Source of the DNA: Macrostomum hystrix
Lineage: Eukaryota; Animalia; Platyhelminthes
Assembly: GCA_950097015.1 (NCBI GenBank)
Contig: CATNEN010000011.1
Location: 3,100,001-3,164,000, forward strand
Length of the DNA stretch: 64,000 bases
Direction: 5' to 3'
The translations under genes were made by a program, and so were the position numbers. The notes under the pieces were generated by a model. It had not been told where the DNA came from, made no database searches, and worked only from the letters and a program-made list of their open reading frames with translations. Shown here piece after piece: positions 1 to 12,200 of this stretch (position 1 is the first letter of the stretch; every line of letters starts with the position of its first letter).

Positions 1-622
1 TAGTTTGCTAGAGAAAGCTAACTCCGAGATGTTGAAATGGAAGAACAAACAGGTTCTACCTTAGAGCTACCAATGACATTCAGAAGTATAGTAGTACGGA
101 GGGATGAGGCCTGGTTCTCCCATTTCTATCCCCTGGGAGCGAAATGGGGCGACATCAGTTAGTCAAATGGTTAGAGTCTAGAGACTAGACTGGAGACAAG
201 AGAAAGATTTAGACGTTGAAAAAACAAAGGGTGAGATGAGACACGGGAGAGATATGAGACACGGGAGTGATGAGATAAGTGCGAGCGCATTTTGATTTCG
301 CGACGTTGCAGATGCATCGATGGAAATTAAACGATTGCTGTTAATCAGAATATGGTCTAGTAGCTTACTGCTATCCATGTGCACTATATATCGACACTAT
401 AAGAGCTATTTGTGTCTTTATAACAGGAAGTTTTTGTCGTCCTGTTACCTTTTGCTACAGTAACAGAGACAACGCTCGATGGGTTAGCTAGAGGCCCGTT
501 TATGTGTGGACTCCGGTAAAATTTACATATAAATACGTAGTATAGCTTATTTAGCTAGTCTGTAAATCACTTTTAAATCACTCTTCCGTCAATTTCGTTT
601 TAAACTATTCCGACAAGTGAAT

Positions 623-3219
623 ATGAGTTCAAATTTGTTTTACTACTTTATTTTGGCTGCATTTGGCCTGATCGAAAAAGCTGGTAAATAAAATATTTTC
701 GTTTGAACAGAGTCTTGTGAGTGTACATAACAATTGTTTTGTTAATTATTATTATATAATTATGTTGAACGCATTTCAGAAGCATGCTGGAGTGAAAATC
801 GGTACTCGGGTAATGGAACGATCGCTTGTCCTACAGAGTCGCCAGGATTTAGTAGCAGTAGCTACCCTAACAACCTGAATGTTGGATGGACAATCCACTC
901 TTCGCGGATTAAAATTCGCTTTACAAAGCTAGACATTCAACCTAGAGTGCTGTGATAAAATACATATTTATGAGTCGATAACACTCCGGAACGCTAACTA
1001 TGAGAAATTCCGGCTTTGGGGATCGGACGCGGTTGAATCCGAGTATTGGCTGGATGGCCCGGTCCATATCATCTTCGTTACCGGTAGTGTAGTGCCCAAG
1101 ACTGGATTTCGGCTTGTTTACGAGACAAGAAATGACTCGTTTTCAGGTTAGTGGAGACTTATTGTCGAATAGAGTACGCGTTCTTGAGGCCGTGTCCTTG
1201 AGGGACCGCGTCCTAGCTTGAGGGACCGTGTCCTTGAGGGACCGCGTCCTTTAGGGGGCCGCGTCCTTGAGCGGGCCGTGTCCTTGAGGGGCCGTGTCCT
1301 TGAGGGACCGCGTCCTTTATAGGGGTCGCGTCCTTGAGGGGCCGTGTCCTTGAGGGACCGCGTCCTTTATAGGGGTCGCGTCCTTGAGGGACCGCGTCCT
1401 TTATAGGGGTCGCGTCCTTGAACGGGCCGCGTCCTTGAGCGGGCTGTGTCCTTGAGGGAGCCGCGTCCTTGAGCGGGCCGTGTCTTTCGTACAAAAATCC
1501 GACGTCGGCTGAATTTCTCTTGTCGGCTGGCAAATGGAACTTTTACATTACGCCGAAGAAATCCGATGAAACGAAAATTGTACAATTATACATGCAAAAA
1601 CAACGAAAAATCATCAAAAGACGCAAGATCAGCTTAAAACGCGAACGTCGACTGAACGTTGGTGCAATCTAAAAGTTCCTATATAATTTGCCATCGACGT
1701 CGCATTACATCAGAAAATCTGCAGACGTTGGTGACGCGATCGGATTGTTGTACGGGTCTTTTAGGGGGCCAACTTGGATTTGGGAGGTAGCGACACCTTA
1801 ATTGGATTAGTGATTTTCGCTATTTCTCGAAAGCTCAACACTGATAGTTATTCGATTTATAGAAATAATATATCTGAATGGTGCATGTACTTATAGGCGC
1901 AGTCGAATTCGTGAGGCAGCGGAGCGGTGTTCGCGTCAGCCACCCAGCGGGCATCTCAAGCTCCTATCCAACGCCGCCGAGCTACTCGTACATGAAAACA
2001 TGGAGCATTGAAGTACCTAGAGACTTTCTGCTTGACATCAAATTAACCTATATAAATACGTATTCATCTGATTATTTGACAATCTACTACGGCACTGAGC
2101 CAAACAAAGGAAATAACATGCTGTACCGTTACTCCGGTGCATACTCCTCAGTAGTCGAGTTGCAGTTTGAGCACAGTGTCACGTTGGTTTTTCGAGCTGT
2201 CAGCGGCGTTCCCGGATACACAGGTTTCAGCTTTGAGTTCAGTATGAGCAGAACTTGTAAGTATAGAGAATTCATTTATTTATAAGCATCCGTACTGTAC
2301 GCCTACAAGTCCAAATCGACAAGAAATCATCAGGGCACTTCTGACATCTTGGAACCAAATTTTAGCCCGTATTGATCAACCGGAATTAGTGAAAATCAAC
2401 TTTCACAAGCAGTCCGGTCTGTGGCCAGAAGCAGGATTGGTTCTGTTCACTGCACTATCTGAGCCTGCTTGTCCATCTGTTTGGCACAACTGTTGGCTTA
2501 AAAGTTCGAGAAATTCCGTAAAAATCTATATGCAGACATCGCTGATAAAACGGGTCTGTTTAATGTCTTTCATCAGCATGCAGTTACTCGTGCATCCAAG
2601 TAAAAAAGATCCAGGTTTGGTTCTTGTTTTTTAGACTGTGTGGCAGCCAGCTGGATTTCGGAATGCACTGCCGTGTTTGGGAACCGTCAGTTCGCTATTC
2701 TCAGTCTTCGCTGAGCCTCCGGTTATAATGGACTCGGTTGTCAAATGTCTTCTCCGCAATGGCAGCTATGTCTCTCGAGAGGTGCCAAAGCTGAAATTCA
2801 GTGAGTTTGTCAGTTTTTCATAGGGTGTAGTTAATTTCAAAGCTTTGACTTAAAAAATTAATTAGCTCTTTTATTTTTTAAGACAATCCGACGAACCAGA
2901 GCTGCCAGCGTTTTCCGCTAAGTGCGGCCGGGACTGCTGTCGCCACAATTGCTGTCATTGCTCTGGCCATTGTTGGTGGATTGCTTTTCAAAACTGTCAG
3001 ATCACAGCATCAGCAATCTGTTAGGAATCAGACCGATTCAAAGGACGCGGTTAATATGGCTATGGTGGGCAGTCCGCATGTTGCCGACTTGAATGTTGTA
3101 GTAAGTAATTTTTTGCACTTTTGCAATCGTTTGTGCATTAAAACTGTACAAAAATATCTGATTTTTTTCAGCAACATTATGCCATCGGCGTATTTGCCAA
3201 ACCAGATGCGACCCGCTGA
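623..3219 (+). CDS. G1: CUB-CUB-X-TM type I membrane protein, ~468 aa if a +1 frameshift in exon 2 is corrected (possible pseudogene or assembly error)
   Basis: Exons 623-683 (signal peptide MSSNLFYYFILAAFGLIEKA), 780-1146 (CUB1), 1897-2256 (CUB2), 2366-2553 + 2635-2800 (module X), 2883-3100 (TM AAGTAVATIAVIALAIVGGLLF), 3172-3219 (QHYAIGVFAKPDATR*). All introns are GT-AG with compatible phases. Exon 2 is 367 nt (3n+1); the CUB motif ECCDKIHIYE resumes in the +1 frame near 940-945. Confidence 0.82.
1177..1486. repeat. GC-rich minisatellite, ~16-19 bp units (tccttgagggaccgcg and variants), in G1 intron 2
   Basis: Direct inspection of tandem units. Confidence 0.9.
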
Positions 3220-4464
3220 AAATGATCCTAAATGACTTCGACTGATAAGATAGCAAAGACGCTATACTTTTTTATATTTATTTTTTACTTTGATTAATTC
3301 CTTCAATATTTACAATAGTTTTTTTGCATATTTAATATTAGAAAAACAACGAAATTCCGTTGCCCTCGAGAAAGACCAAAGGGGTATTTCGAATATCAAA
3401 AGCCTAACACTCGATAGCTCTCCAACCGAATGACCGATTTTCGTGAATTTTTCGCCCCTTACGATGAACAAAACTTTCAAAGCCGTCCGATTTCAGCATG
3501 GACGAGATGTCCAGCGATTCTTGTCAAATTCCCTGTGACAAGGACAACTGACATTGATTGGTATAAACCTCTATGGAAAATCCATATTTAGTTCAACAAA
3601 AAAATTAACAGAAGAATCAATACAATATAAGAAAAAACAGATGCCTACATGATTAAAGGTCCCATAAAGTTTTGCGAGCAAAAACCTATGTTGGTGGAGA
3701 ATTTTAGCTCTTGTTCTATGAGATACAATCTGGGAGAGAATCTGGGAGATTGATTTTATGTTTTGGGAGATACAGAAAAATTAATTAGGGTATTTGAAAT
3801 TAACATAGTGGTCTTTTAGTGTTTACTTTAAAAATGGATTACAATACAACTATATAGTGATTTATCCTTCTATTTTATTCCTGGTTTTCAAGTTATTAAA
3901 CTTTTTTAGCTTTCACTAAAATTTAACAGTATTTTAGATGCATGTTAACACAAGTAAGAAACTCAACCCTACATGTAATATTCTCAGTAAATTGATTAGT
4001 TAATTACCAAGATTTATTCTCGATTTAATAAGCTTTTGGCTGGCTTTTTGACTGAAGAAATAGTTTTTGTTACAATATTCTACTTTCCGTGGTTCGGTTT
4101 TTAACAAAAAATATTTTTAATACATAACGTGTAACAAAAGGGTATTCGAATGCGCGTTTAAATCTCGTGCATCGTCGAACCTCCGTGCAAACTGCCGAAT
4201 CAGCGCGAACTCTTATCGATATATTGACTTCATTTATTGTATTATACGAGTTGATCAATCTCGTATATATTCAATATATCATCGTTAAAGCTAATTCATA
4301 ACAATAAGAAGCAATCAATTATAAATAAAGTAACACGTTGCAATAAAAGCTTTAATCTACATCATCGCATACAAATAAATAAGCATAAATACAAATAGTT
4401 GTACATTTAAAATGAGTACCTTAGAATATTACAAACGTACAAAGGAACCTGTTCCAGCTTAAAC

Positions 4465-4830
4465 TTGCTGCTCTTGACTTACTTTCTGCCTCTCCTACGT
4501 TGAGGATGCAAAGCATTTTATTTGTGACTGCCCCGCCTTCACTCAGGACAGGCTCACCTATCTCGGCCCAAACCCGGATCTCTCCGACGTTTTCAGGCCT
4601 GAGAACATCTGCCAGCTCGTCCGTTACCTAAAAGGCCACCGGGCGAGCGACTCTCCACCTCCTGGACTCTCCGGAGGAGGACCGCGCTGTGGACGCCGGC
4701 ATCACAGGATCGCCCTGCGCGACACCGCAGCTTTAGTTGCCCGTGGTCTCCAAGGGCCAGCGGGATGGGCGGCAACGCCTCCCCACAGAGGCGCTTCAAC
4801 AGAAAATGTAAGGGCCAGAAAACAGAACCA
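4465..4830 (+). mobile_element. 3' fragment of a non-LTR retrotransposon (C-terminal zinc-knuckle region of ORF2)
   Basis: Translates FCLSYVEDAKHFICDCPAFTQDR, matching the C..E...H..C.CP.F...R pattern of LINE ORF2 C-termini; GC-rich island in AT-rich DNA. Confidence 0.5.
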
Positions 4831-5297
4831 TTCATTTTATGTCCCGGGTTTTACAGATTTTACAGATCTGTCAAGCCAGATTTCAATGATCTTGAAATCA
4901 ACACGAGCAAATCTTTCTGATTTCACAGTTTTATATAAATAGAATCGGAATTGAAGTTGAATCTGTTTACAAAGAGTTTCGAAATCCGGTAATAACGCAG
5001 ATTTTTGAGACAAAGTTTGCCAGTTTTAATGACTAATAAATTTACAAAATGACTCATCTGAAAAGCGGATTCTAGTGCAATAAAAATGGCACACAGGAAA
5101 GAGAATTACTAGCGAAAACGAATTAATCAATGCATCTAGGCTAGCTTTGCAAGCCAGATTAAACAAAAGTTCTTGGAAAAATGGGTCCATCATTTTATAA
5201 AACTAACTGACTTCCTTCACCAGCTTAACCTCCAGAGCAACAGTAGAGAAGCAAAAAGCGAGTTTAAAATAAAAAAACATAGCTGGATATTGTTAAC

Positions 5298-6706
5298 ATG
5301 GGGTTAAAACACTCAGGCTTTGTTGCTTGCGTCATAATTGCTGCGGAATTTTACTGCCAGCCGACTGCTTCAGGTAAGAATGATCAAACGTAGCTCATGA
5401 TTTCCTCTAATTATAGAACTTTATATGCTGTTGAGGTAAGGTATGAAGCCAAATACTCGTGCTTTTAAAGTAAGTCTTCTACGAAACCAACAAAATTATA
5501 AAAGGCTTAGGCAACACGAGTACGTTAGGTACATGACATTGCACTGTTTCGAAGTTAGGTATTTTTTCCCATGCGAGTGAATGAAAATTACAGACTTTGG
5601 AATATAGCTTGGTATTTAATGCTGGTTGCCAGGTGCTTTTGTATTAACAAGCCGCAGTTTTCCACTCGATCCTATCCAGAAACGCTAAGCATCGAACCGC
5701 TGCTGCCAAATTTGTGGCCGATGTCTGGTCTGGTTCAGTTCCGCACCGAGTCCCACAGGGACGACTGCGACAATCTGACTCAGGTCTGTGACCTTGAGAC
5801 GAGAAACGGCTCTCGCTACGGGCAAGCAACTAGAGTGAAATGGGTCTGTGGACTGTTGTTTATAAACGGTAGATTTACTAAAGGGGATTTCGGCCCCATC
5901 CTTTAATGATATTTACAAATATGTAATGGATTGCATAACGAATGCTATATTTCAGCACTTAAACGGACGGGAAAAGCTTACCCCCAAACAATCACAATGT
6001 TTGCTACATTCAAACTGCATGTCTGCCATATCATAATTTTTAGATAGCTTTTATCAGCACATATTTTCTTCTTTGTCGCCAGTGGAAGCCTGCATGCGTC
6101 CAATAAAATTTCAGGTGACTAGCAATGTCAGCGAAACCTGCTGCGCGATAACTTCACATTTTGTGTTTGCCGCTGAGCAATCGATTATTTCAGGTGCAAC
6201 GATCAAATGCAAATTGCTAAATGGCACATATGTACAGCGTAAACTGCCAGAGCCGAAGTTAGGTGGGTTTATAAAATATGAAATAAAAAAACTCAAGGCA
6301 ATTAACTATACAACTATGGCACTCGCAGATATGATTCTTGTGGAATACTGGGAGCGGATATTGATGCTCTCGTCATTAGCAACGACCACAGCCGCTGTAT
6401 TCGTCCTTATTTGCTTGTCTTGCAATCGCCTGTTCGTTTGCGAGTCGAACAAGCGCCTAAACAGGGTTCAGAGCTCGCAAAACAATTTCAAGATGATGCA
6501 AAACGTTTACAATGCATATTTCAATGACGATGGCGAAGTTGTAAGCCCAACTTTTGTTTCCAATCCTCCAAATCTACTATCTACTCTTTAAGCTACTGCT
6601 CAGTGAGACAATTCTGACGTTTATGACCTGTTTTCTCTTGCAGTATCACTATGCAACAGGAGTATTTGCGAACGATGCCTCAGCAACTTCGCAACGACAA
6701 GGGTAG
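5298..6706 (+). CDS. G2: minimal family member, SP-X-TM (~220 aa), no CUB domain
   Basis: Exons 5298-5373 (MGLKHSGFVACVIIAAEFYCQPTAS), ~5680-5843 + 6115-6262 (module X: LWPMSGLVQF..C..C / C..ITSHFVF..IKCKLLNGT), 6329-6540 (TM ILMLSSLATTTAAVFVLICLSC), 6644-6706 (YHYATGVFA...*). The exon 2 acceptor is uncertain (5608, 5680, or 5658 with a 1-nt indel). Confidence 0.75.
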
Positions 6707-8159
6707 ACATCGCGAGTTGAAATAATTAATTACCTGGAAACTTGGTGTAAATTAGCTTTTTCAGTATCATTTTTCCATTCAGCTCTATTTCATCAGTATC
6801 TACGAGTACGTTGTTAAATTTCTAAAAAATATTTTAATTCATTTTTACTTCTCGCTTACAGGTATACTACGCTAGATTTAACTAAACATGTGAAACATAA
6901 AGATACATTTTTAATTCATCGATCATTACACCTGCTAATTTCTATAGTATTTTACTTGTACCCATGTTACAGCGATTTACTAGCCTGTCCCGCTGTTGTG
7001 CGTGCATCTTTTTTGTAAAAGTTCTTTTAATATGATATTATCATCGTCCAATGGTTCCCCATACATATTCTGATTTATATTCAAATAAAACAAATACCTT
7101 GGCTCTGAATGCCCATACCCATGAATACTTGGTTGAGTCGAGATAAAATAAAATATTCGATAAAAATAAAAGACGCAAAAAAGTTGCCATATATTTTTAC
7201 GACGACAGTAGTACATGAAGCACGAAATATTTTAGCTTCAAGCAGAAATGTTTGCTGGGATCTAAAATACATTTATATTGCTCACGAAAAAGGACAATAA
7301 CAAAGAATCGAACGGCTTTTTACATACAGTTACAGAAATTCAAAAATTAACAATGGCTTCAGGGCAGAGGCGTTGTTGATCTAAGTGTCAGGAATTTTTC
7401 TATGAATTCAAAAATATTTTCCGTGCAGGAAAATGTCCGTGCTAATTCCTTTTCACGACCTATCTCAGCCTACGAGCATCCGATCTCAGCCACCCATAGA
7501 AATTAATGGTGGCAAAGATGGGGGTTTGGCCCATAGACTATCTCTTCGTGACAATCAAACTCAGCAGTGAGCAACCAAACTCAGCCATATGCGGTACCTG
7601 ACCAGTACCTGCGACTTTCTTTATGAATTCATCCCTAATGGGAACATGGTCGGACCAATTGCACCTAAACAGAATATGTATACTTCGTTCTCTACTTCGA
7701 CTCTATACTTCGACACTGTTCTGAATGTCTCGTAAGCCAGTTCGTGGTTTTCCAGACGAAATCGTGACATTGTTCGCCTTTGTTCTGGGCTAGAGATTAT
7801 TGTTCGCTACGTTTCCCTGAAGATATCTCTACAATAATTGTGTTTGAATTATTTTTTTGAGCTCAAATACTTCTCTTCCGTTTTAAAGAAAAATACTTTA
7901 TTCTGTCGGACGTTTAGACTCCCAAATTTATGCTTGCACATAAATTGCTAAGCTTTGTGTTGAATTTTATTTGATAGGCCTCATTAAAATTTGAGAAGGT
8001 CTGTTCTCTCGTTTCGATTCAACAAACAAAAGTGTTTATAGGTCATACGAACGATGCTCGTGAAGACCGTATAGATTTGATAGCAAAAGTTATATTTTTA
8101 TTCAAATGCAGTAAATTTTCATGTGACTTTGTTATTCAGAGCCATATATAATAATAGTT

Positions 8160-8360
8160 ATAATACTACTTTCAGGATGGCTGCAGACAATATGGCACAT
8201 CATTTGGTGACACTTTACCGGAAACCAGCAGCTGGCTGTTCATTTCGCTGACTCCTGAGCACACACGCACACAGATATCGTTTGCAGGCACAAACTCACA
8301 CAGGTGTGTACATCTGCCCTGACTTTCTCATCACCAGGCAGTGTACACTCTCAGGCGAGG
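8160..8360 (-). mobile_element. SINE family 2, 3' part
   Basis: Shares gtgacact..cagc..ttcgctgactcctgagcacac..gtgtacatctgcc..cagtgtacactctca with the copies at ~9.7, 13.4 and 30.6 kb. Confidence 0.65.
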
Positions 8361-9205
8361 TCACACCTTACCGGTCCGTGGCCCGTCTTGGGTCTTTGTT
8401 TGTTGCCGGCGAGCGCGGTCTAGAAAGGAATTCGTGGTTATGCAGCCAGCAAAGTATTGTCGAGGTACCCGATGGAATTTGTCGGGCCTTCGCGAGAATC
8501 ACAGCGCGCGAGTTAGCTTTGCATCAAGTCTTTGAATCAATTATGTAATGCGGCATTGTGTCAGGAAATTGTTCTACTAGTGCTGAGATTCGAACCCCCG
8601 ACCTTCCTCTTCTGTTCAAAATTTCGAGATACTGCTATTGCTGCATGCTCACGTACAATAATTAGTTAATTTAACCATGCAGGACTTGAAGCATTGAAAA
8701 GCCGTTAAGAAACAAATCTTATCAGGATAAATACTTGTCCTGCAGAGCACTACGCAAAAATGACTGCCTAATTGCGTAATTCAGGTCCCCTACTATATAT
8801 CTTCTTCCACGTTCTTTTCTACTTTTTACACTAAAGATCTATATAAATTGGACAATTCATTTAGCATCCACCATCAATCGCAAGAGGGTTCAAACTAGAA
8901 AATATTTTCAACGGTCTGTAAAACTTAATTGTTTATGTGAGCTTTTCCTGATGTAAGAGATTTTCAGTGGAGATAAATGTTTAACAACTAGAAGCGACGT
9001 GTGCCATTTTGAAAGATATCATTAATTCCAAGTGAAAATTTCTTCTTGTGACTGAACAATATAAAAACAGGCTTCATGTAGCCCTAATGGTGTCGAAAAA
9101 GCATACGCAGAACTTTACCTATTAGTTTTCCAGATGCGAAATAGCTTTCATTTTTTCTGAAACGTAACACTTATTGTCAATTTCTTTAACAACATTGCTC
9201 TAAAT

Positions 9206-12200
9206 ATGATTGTGTATTACTCCGTCTTAGTCTTCTATTTGTGTCTTAAAGTCACGGGTGAGTAAAACAGTAAAGTGAAATAAACTCACTCTTACCACGC
9301 AAATAACCATGCCTTTCGTCAACATTTATTCTACAGCCGCGTGTCACAGCCAAACACTGTACGCTTCATCAGGCGTGATCGCCTGTCCATCGCACAGTGG
9401 CGACTACGAGCACAACTTGGACGTTCGCTGGGCGATCCGAGTCAGTGGAACGGTCAGGATTAGGTTTTCAAAGCTAGAAGTTGAGCAGACTCATGATCCA
9501 GTCTACCTGTACGAAAATAAAACGGATTTCAAACCGAACTACGTGGCAGACTTTGAATTATTTAACTCAGAAGCGACTAACTCTGAGTTTTGGCTAAGCG
9601 GTCCCGCTGTAGTGCGCTTCAAAACTGACGCATCCGTGGCAAAAGCTGGGTTTCGGCTGCGGTACAACACGCTGTCTGTGTCCATTCCTGGTATAATACT
9701 TACTATTGTTAATGCAGTAGGGCTGCGGGCTATGGCACTACATTTGGTGACACTAGACCTGCAGCCAGCGAGGAGGCAATTCAGCCCATTTCGCTGACTC
9801 CTGAGCACACAAGCACACAAATACCGTACGCAGGCACACGCTCACACAGTTGTGTACATCTGCCGTCTTTCTCATCGTCAGGCAGTGTACACTCTCACTG
9901 TGCCTTGGAGGTTGGCCCCTTTAGGGACCTTGGTACGAGAGGAAAACACGTTAGACCGTCTGCCACTCACCCCTCCATTCCTTGTAGGCTGAGGCGCATT
10001 ACCTTAGTTCTCATTTGCTCAGTTACATAACTAACAAGTGTTGTATTTTCCCGCAGTGGCCACTGAGGTCATAAGACAGCAAAGTGGAGAGAGGCGCAGC
10101 GCAACGGTGTCAGGAAAGTATCGCAACAACTACAGAACAGCTTGGAGCATTGAAGTCCCACCCAACTCTGAACTGCAAGTACAATTCACGCAGTTTCAAA
10201 CCGAGCCAAAGTACGACCATCTAAAGATATTCCCAGGCCTTGTGCCTCACATGGAGACTAGAGAAACCCATGAAATTTCTGGTTCCCAGACGAACAGATC
10301 TTTGTTGATTCGCTTCAAGCGGAGCGTTACGCTAGCGTTTCGAACCGATGGATCCGTTGTCAATGCAGGAGTTAGTTTCGTTTTTAATATCTGTAAGTCG
10401 CAGGGCTGTGGTCACCGACGTATAATATAAGGCGACATAGTCGCTAAACATATTTTGGACCACATATGCGAAAAGTGCATGACAAGACGTGCCCATGACG
10501 AGAAGCCCTACGGGGCTTCCAAAATACAATAAATTCAAACTGCTGAGTTTAATTGCGACTGCTGACTAGCTCGAGGTTAACAAATCAAATGCACAATATA
10601 AAATTTCTGTATTCTAACTAATGACGTCATCACTCAAAAATGCAGCCAGACTCAACGACGGAATCTTGACAACTGCAGCACCAATACGACACGCGACAAC
10701 TTCACGAGACGAGACCACGAGAACTGAACTTGGTTGGTGCAGAGTTAAATTTTAAGAGAGTGACTATGATAAATGTCTCCACTATAATTACTATACTGCG
10801 CGGCTAATAATATAATTTCAGTCGAGCCAAACAACGTCCAAATCGATTTCCTAAACCCGGAGCTGTGGCCACTCACCGGAGTGATGCAGTTCCGCGCTTT
10901 GTCTATGAATTCCTGCCCCAACGTGACCCACAGATGCGAGCTGGCAATGCGAAACAGTAGCAGCTCCATTGTAGCTGTGCCCCTTAAGCGGGTCAGTCTG
11001 TTATTGGATTAGTTTTTGTATCAATAAGAAGTACATCCCTGTCAATATGGTTATTACACACAGGAAATTTCTGGCATCATTGTGCCCACGTCCGTCTGCC
11101 TAGTCTCGGTGACTTCGCAATTTTCCGTGGTCGCAGAACTCCCGCTCATTGCTCGATCCGTTCTGAAATGCCGTTTGCGTAATGGGCGCTATTCTTCCGT
11201 ACGGATGCCATTGCTAAACTGTGAGGCCAACTGCACAATCTTTAAATTACGTTAATTGGCGCAGCCATCTATAACTTCCAAAGGCTGTGTACTCAGTGCT
11301 CAGGACTAATGAGGTCGCAAAACGTACCCGAAAATTCTGCCCCTACTGATAGTGGATATCTGTTTTACAGCTATCCAGCTCTACAGCTATTTCCAAAGGG
11401 TGAAATAAAGTAATAATAGTTAGGTGTCTTGCTCTAAGGCCAAATTTAATTCCCTTGGGCTGACACTCGAGCCCCCAAACTATCTTTAAGAAGTCCGAAG
11501 CTCTAACCACTTTGCTACAAGCTCCCTCTTGTACAAACTTCCTCAGTAAAAGCTCCGTCTTGTACAAGCTCCGTCTTGTACAAGCTCCGTCTTGTACGTC
11601 TTGTCCCTTGGGCTGACACTCGAGCCCCCAAACTATCTTTAAGAAGTCCGAAGCTCTAACCACTTTGCTACAAGCTCCCTCTTGTACAAACTTCCTCAGT
11701 AAAAGCTCCGTCTTGTACAAGCTCCGTCTTGTACAAGCTCCGTCTTGTACAAGCTCCGTCTTGTACAAGCTCCGTCTTGTACAAGCTCCGTCTTGTACAA
11801 GCTCCGTCTTGTACAAGCTCCGTCTTGTACAAGCTCCGTCTTGTACAAGCTCCCTTGGCTACAAGTTCCCTTGGCTACAAGTTCCCTTGGCTGCAAGCTC
11901 CGATAAAAATGAACAATTTATTTTCCCAGCATTTTTTCAGGGGCTCACGAGGTCCAATGGAAGTTCTACAACTGGTCGGACAAATTAAGACGGCGATTCC
12001 AAGTTCTTTTCACCCCAGCTTTGAAGCAAACTACGTGGGCCAGCTGTCGGATGTACAGTGACTACGTCTCTGGCTTTACAGCTCTAAAAAAGACAGTAAG
12101 ATACTAATTTATTCTACGACTTCCACAATAATTCTCTAGTTCTACGAAAAAAATTTCTTACAGGTTTTCCGATCATATTCGAGAACGCCTTCGACGGTGT

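Noticed and set aside
1213-1585. ORFs over minisatellites (also 11343-11896, 17016-17804, 30083-30280)
   Set aside because: Stop-free frames are produced by the repeats; they lie in introns or intergenic DNA and show no domain signal.
1488-1754. MITE-like segment with CGTACAA.AATCCGA inverted ends
   Set aside because: No TSD and a single copy; not supportable without a genome search.
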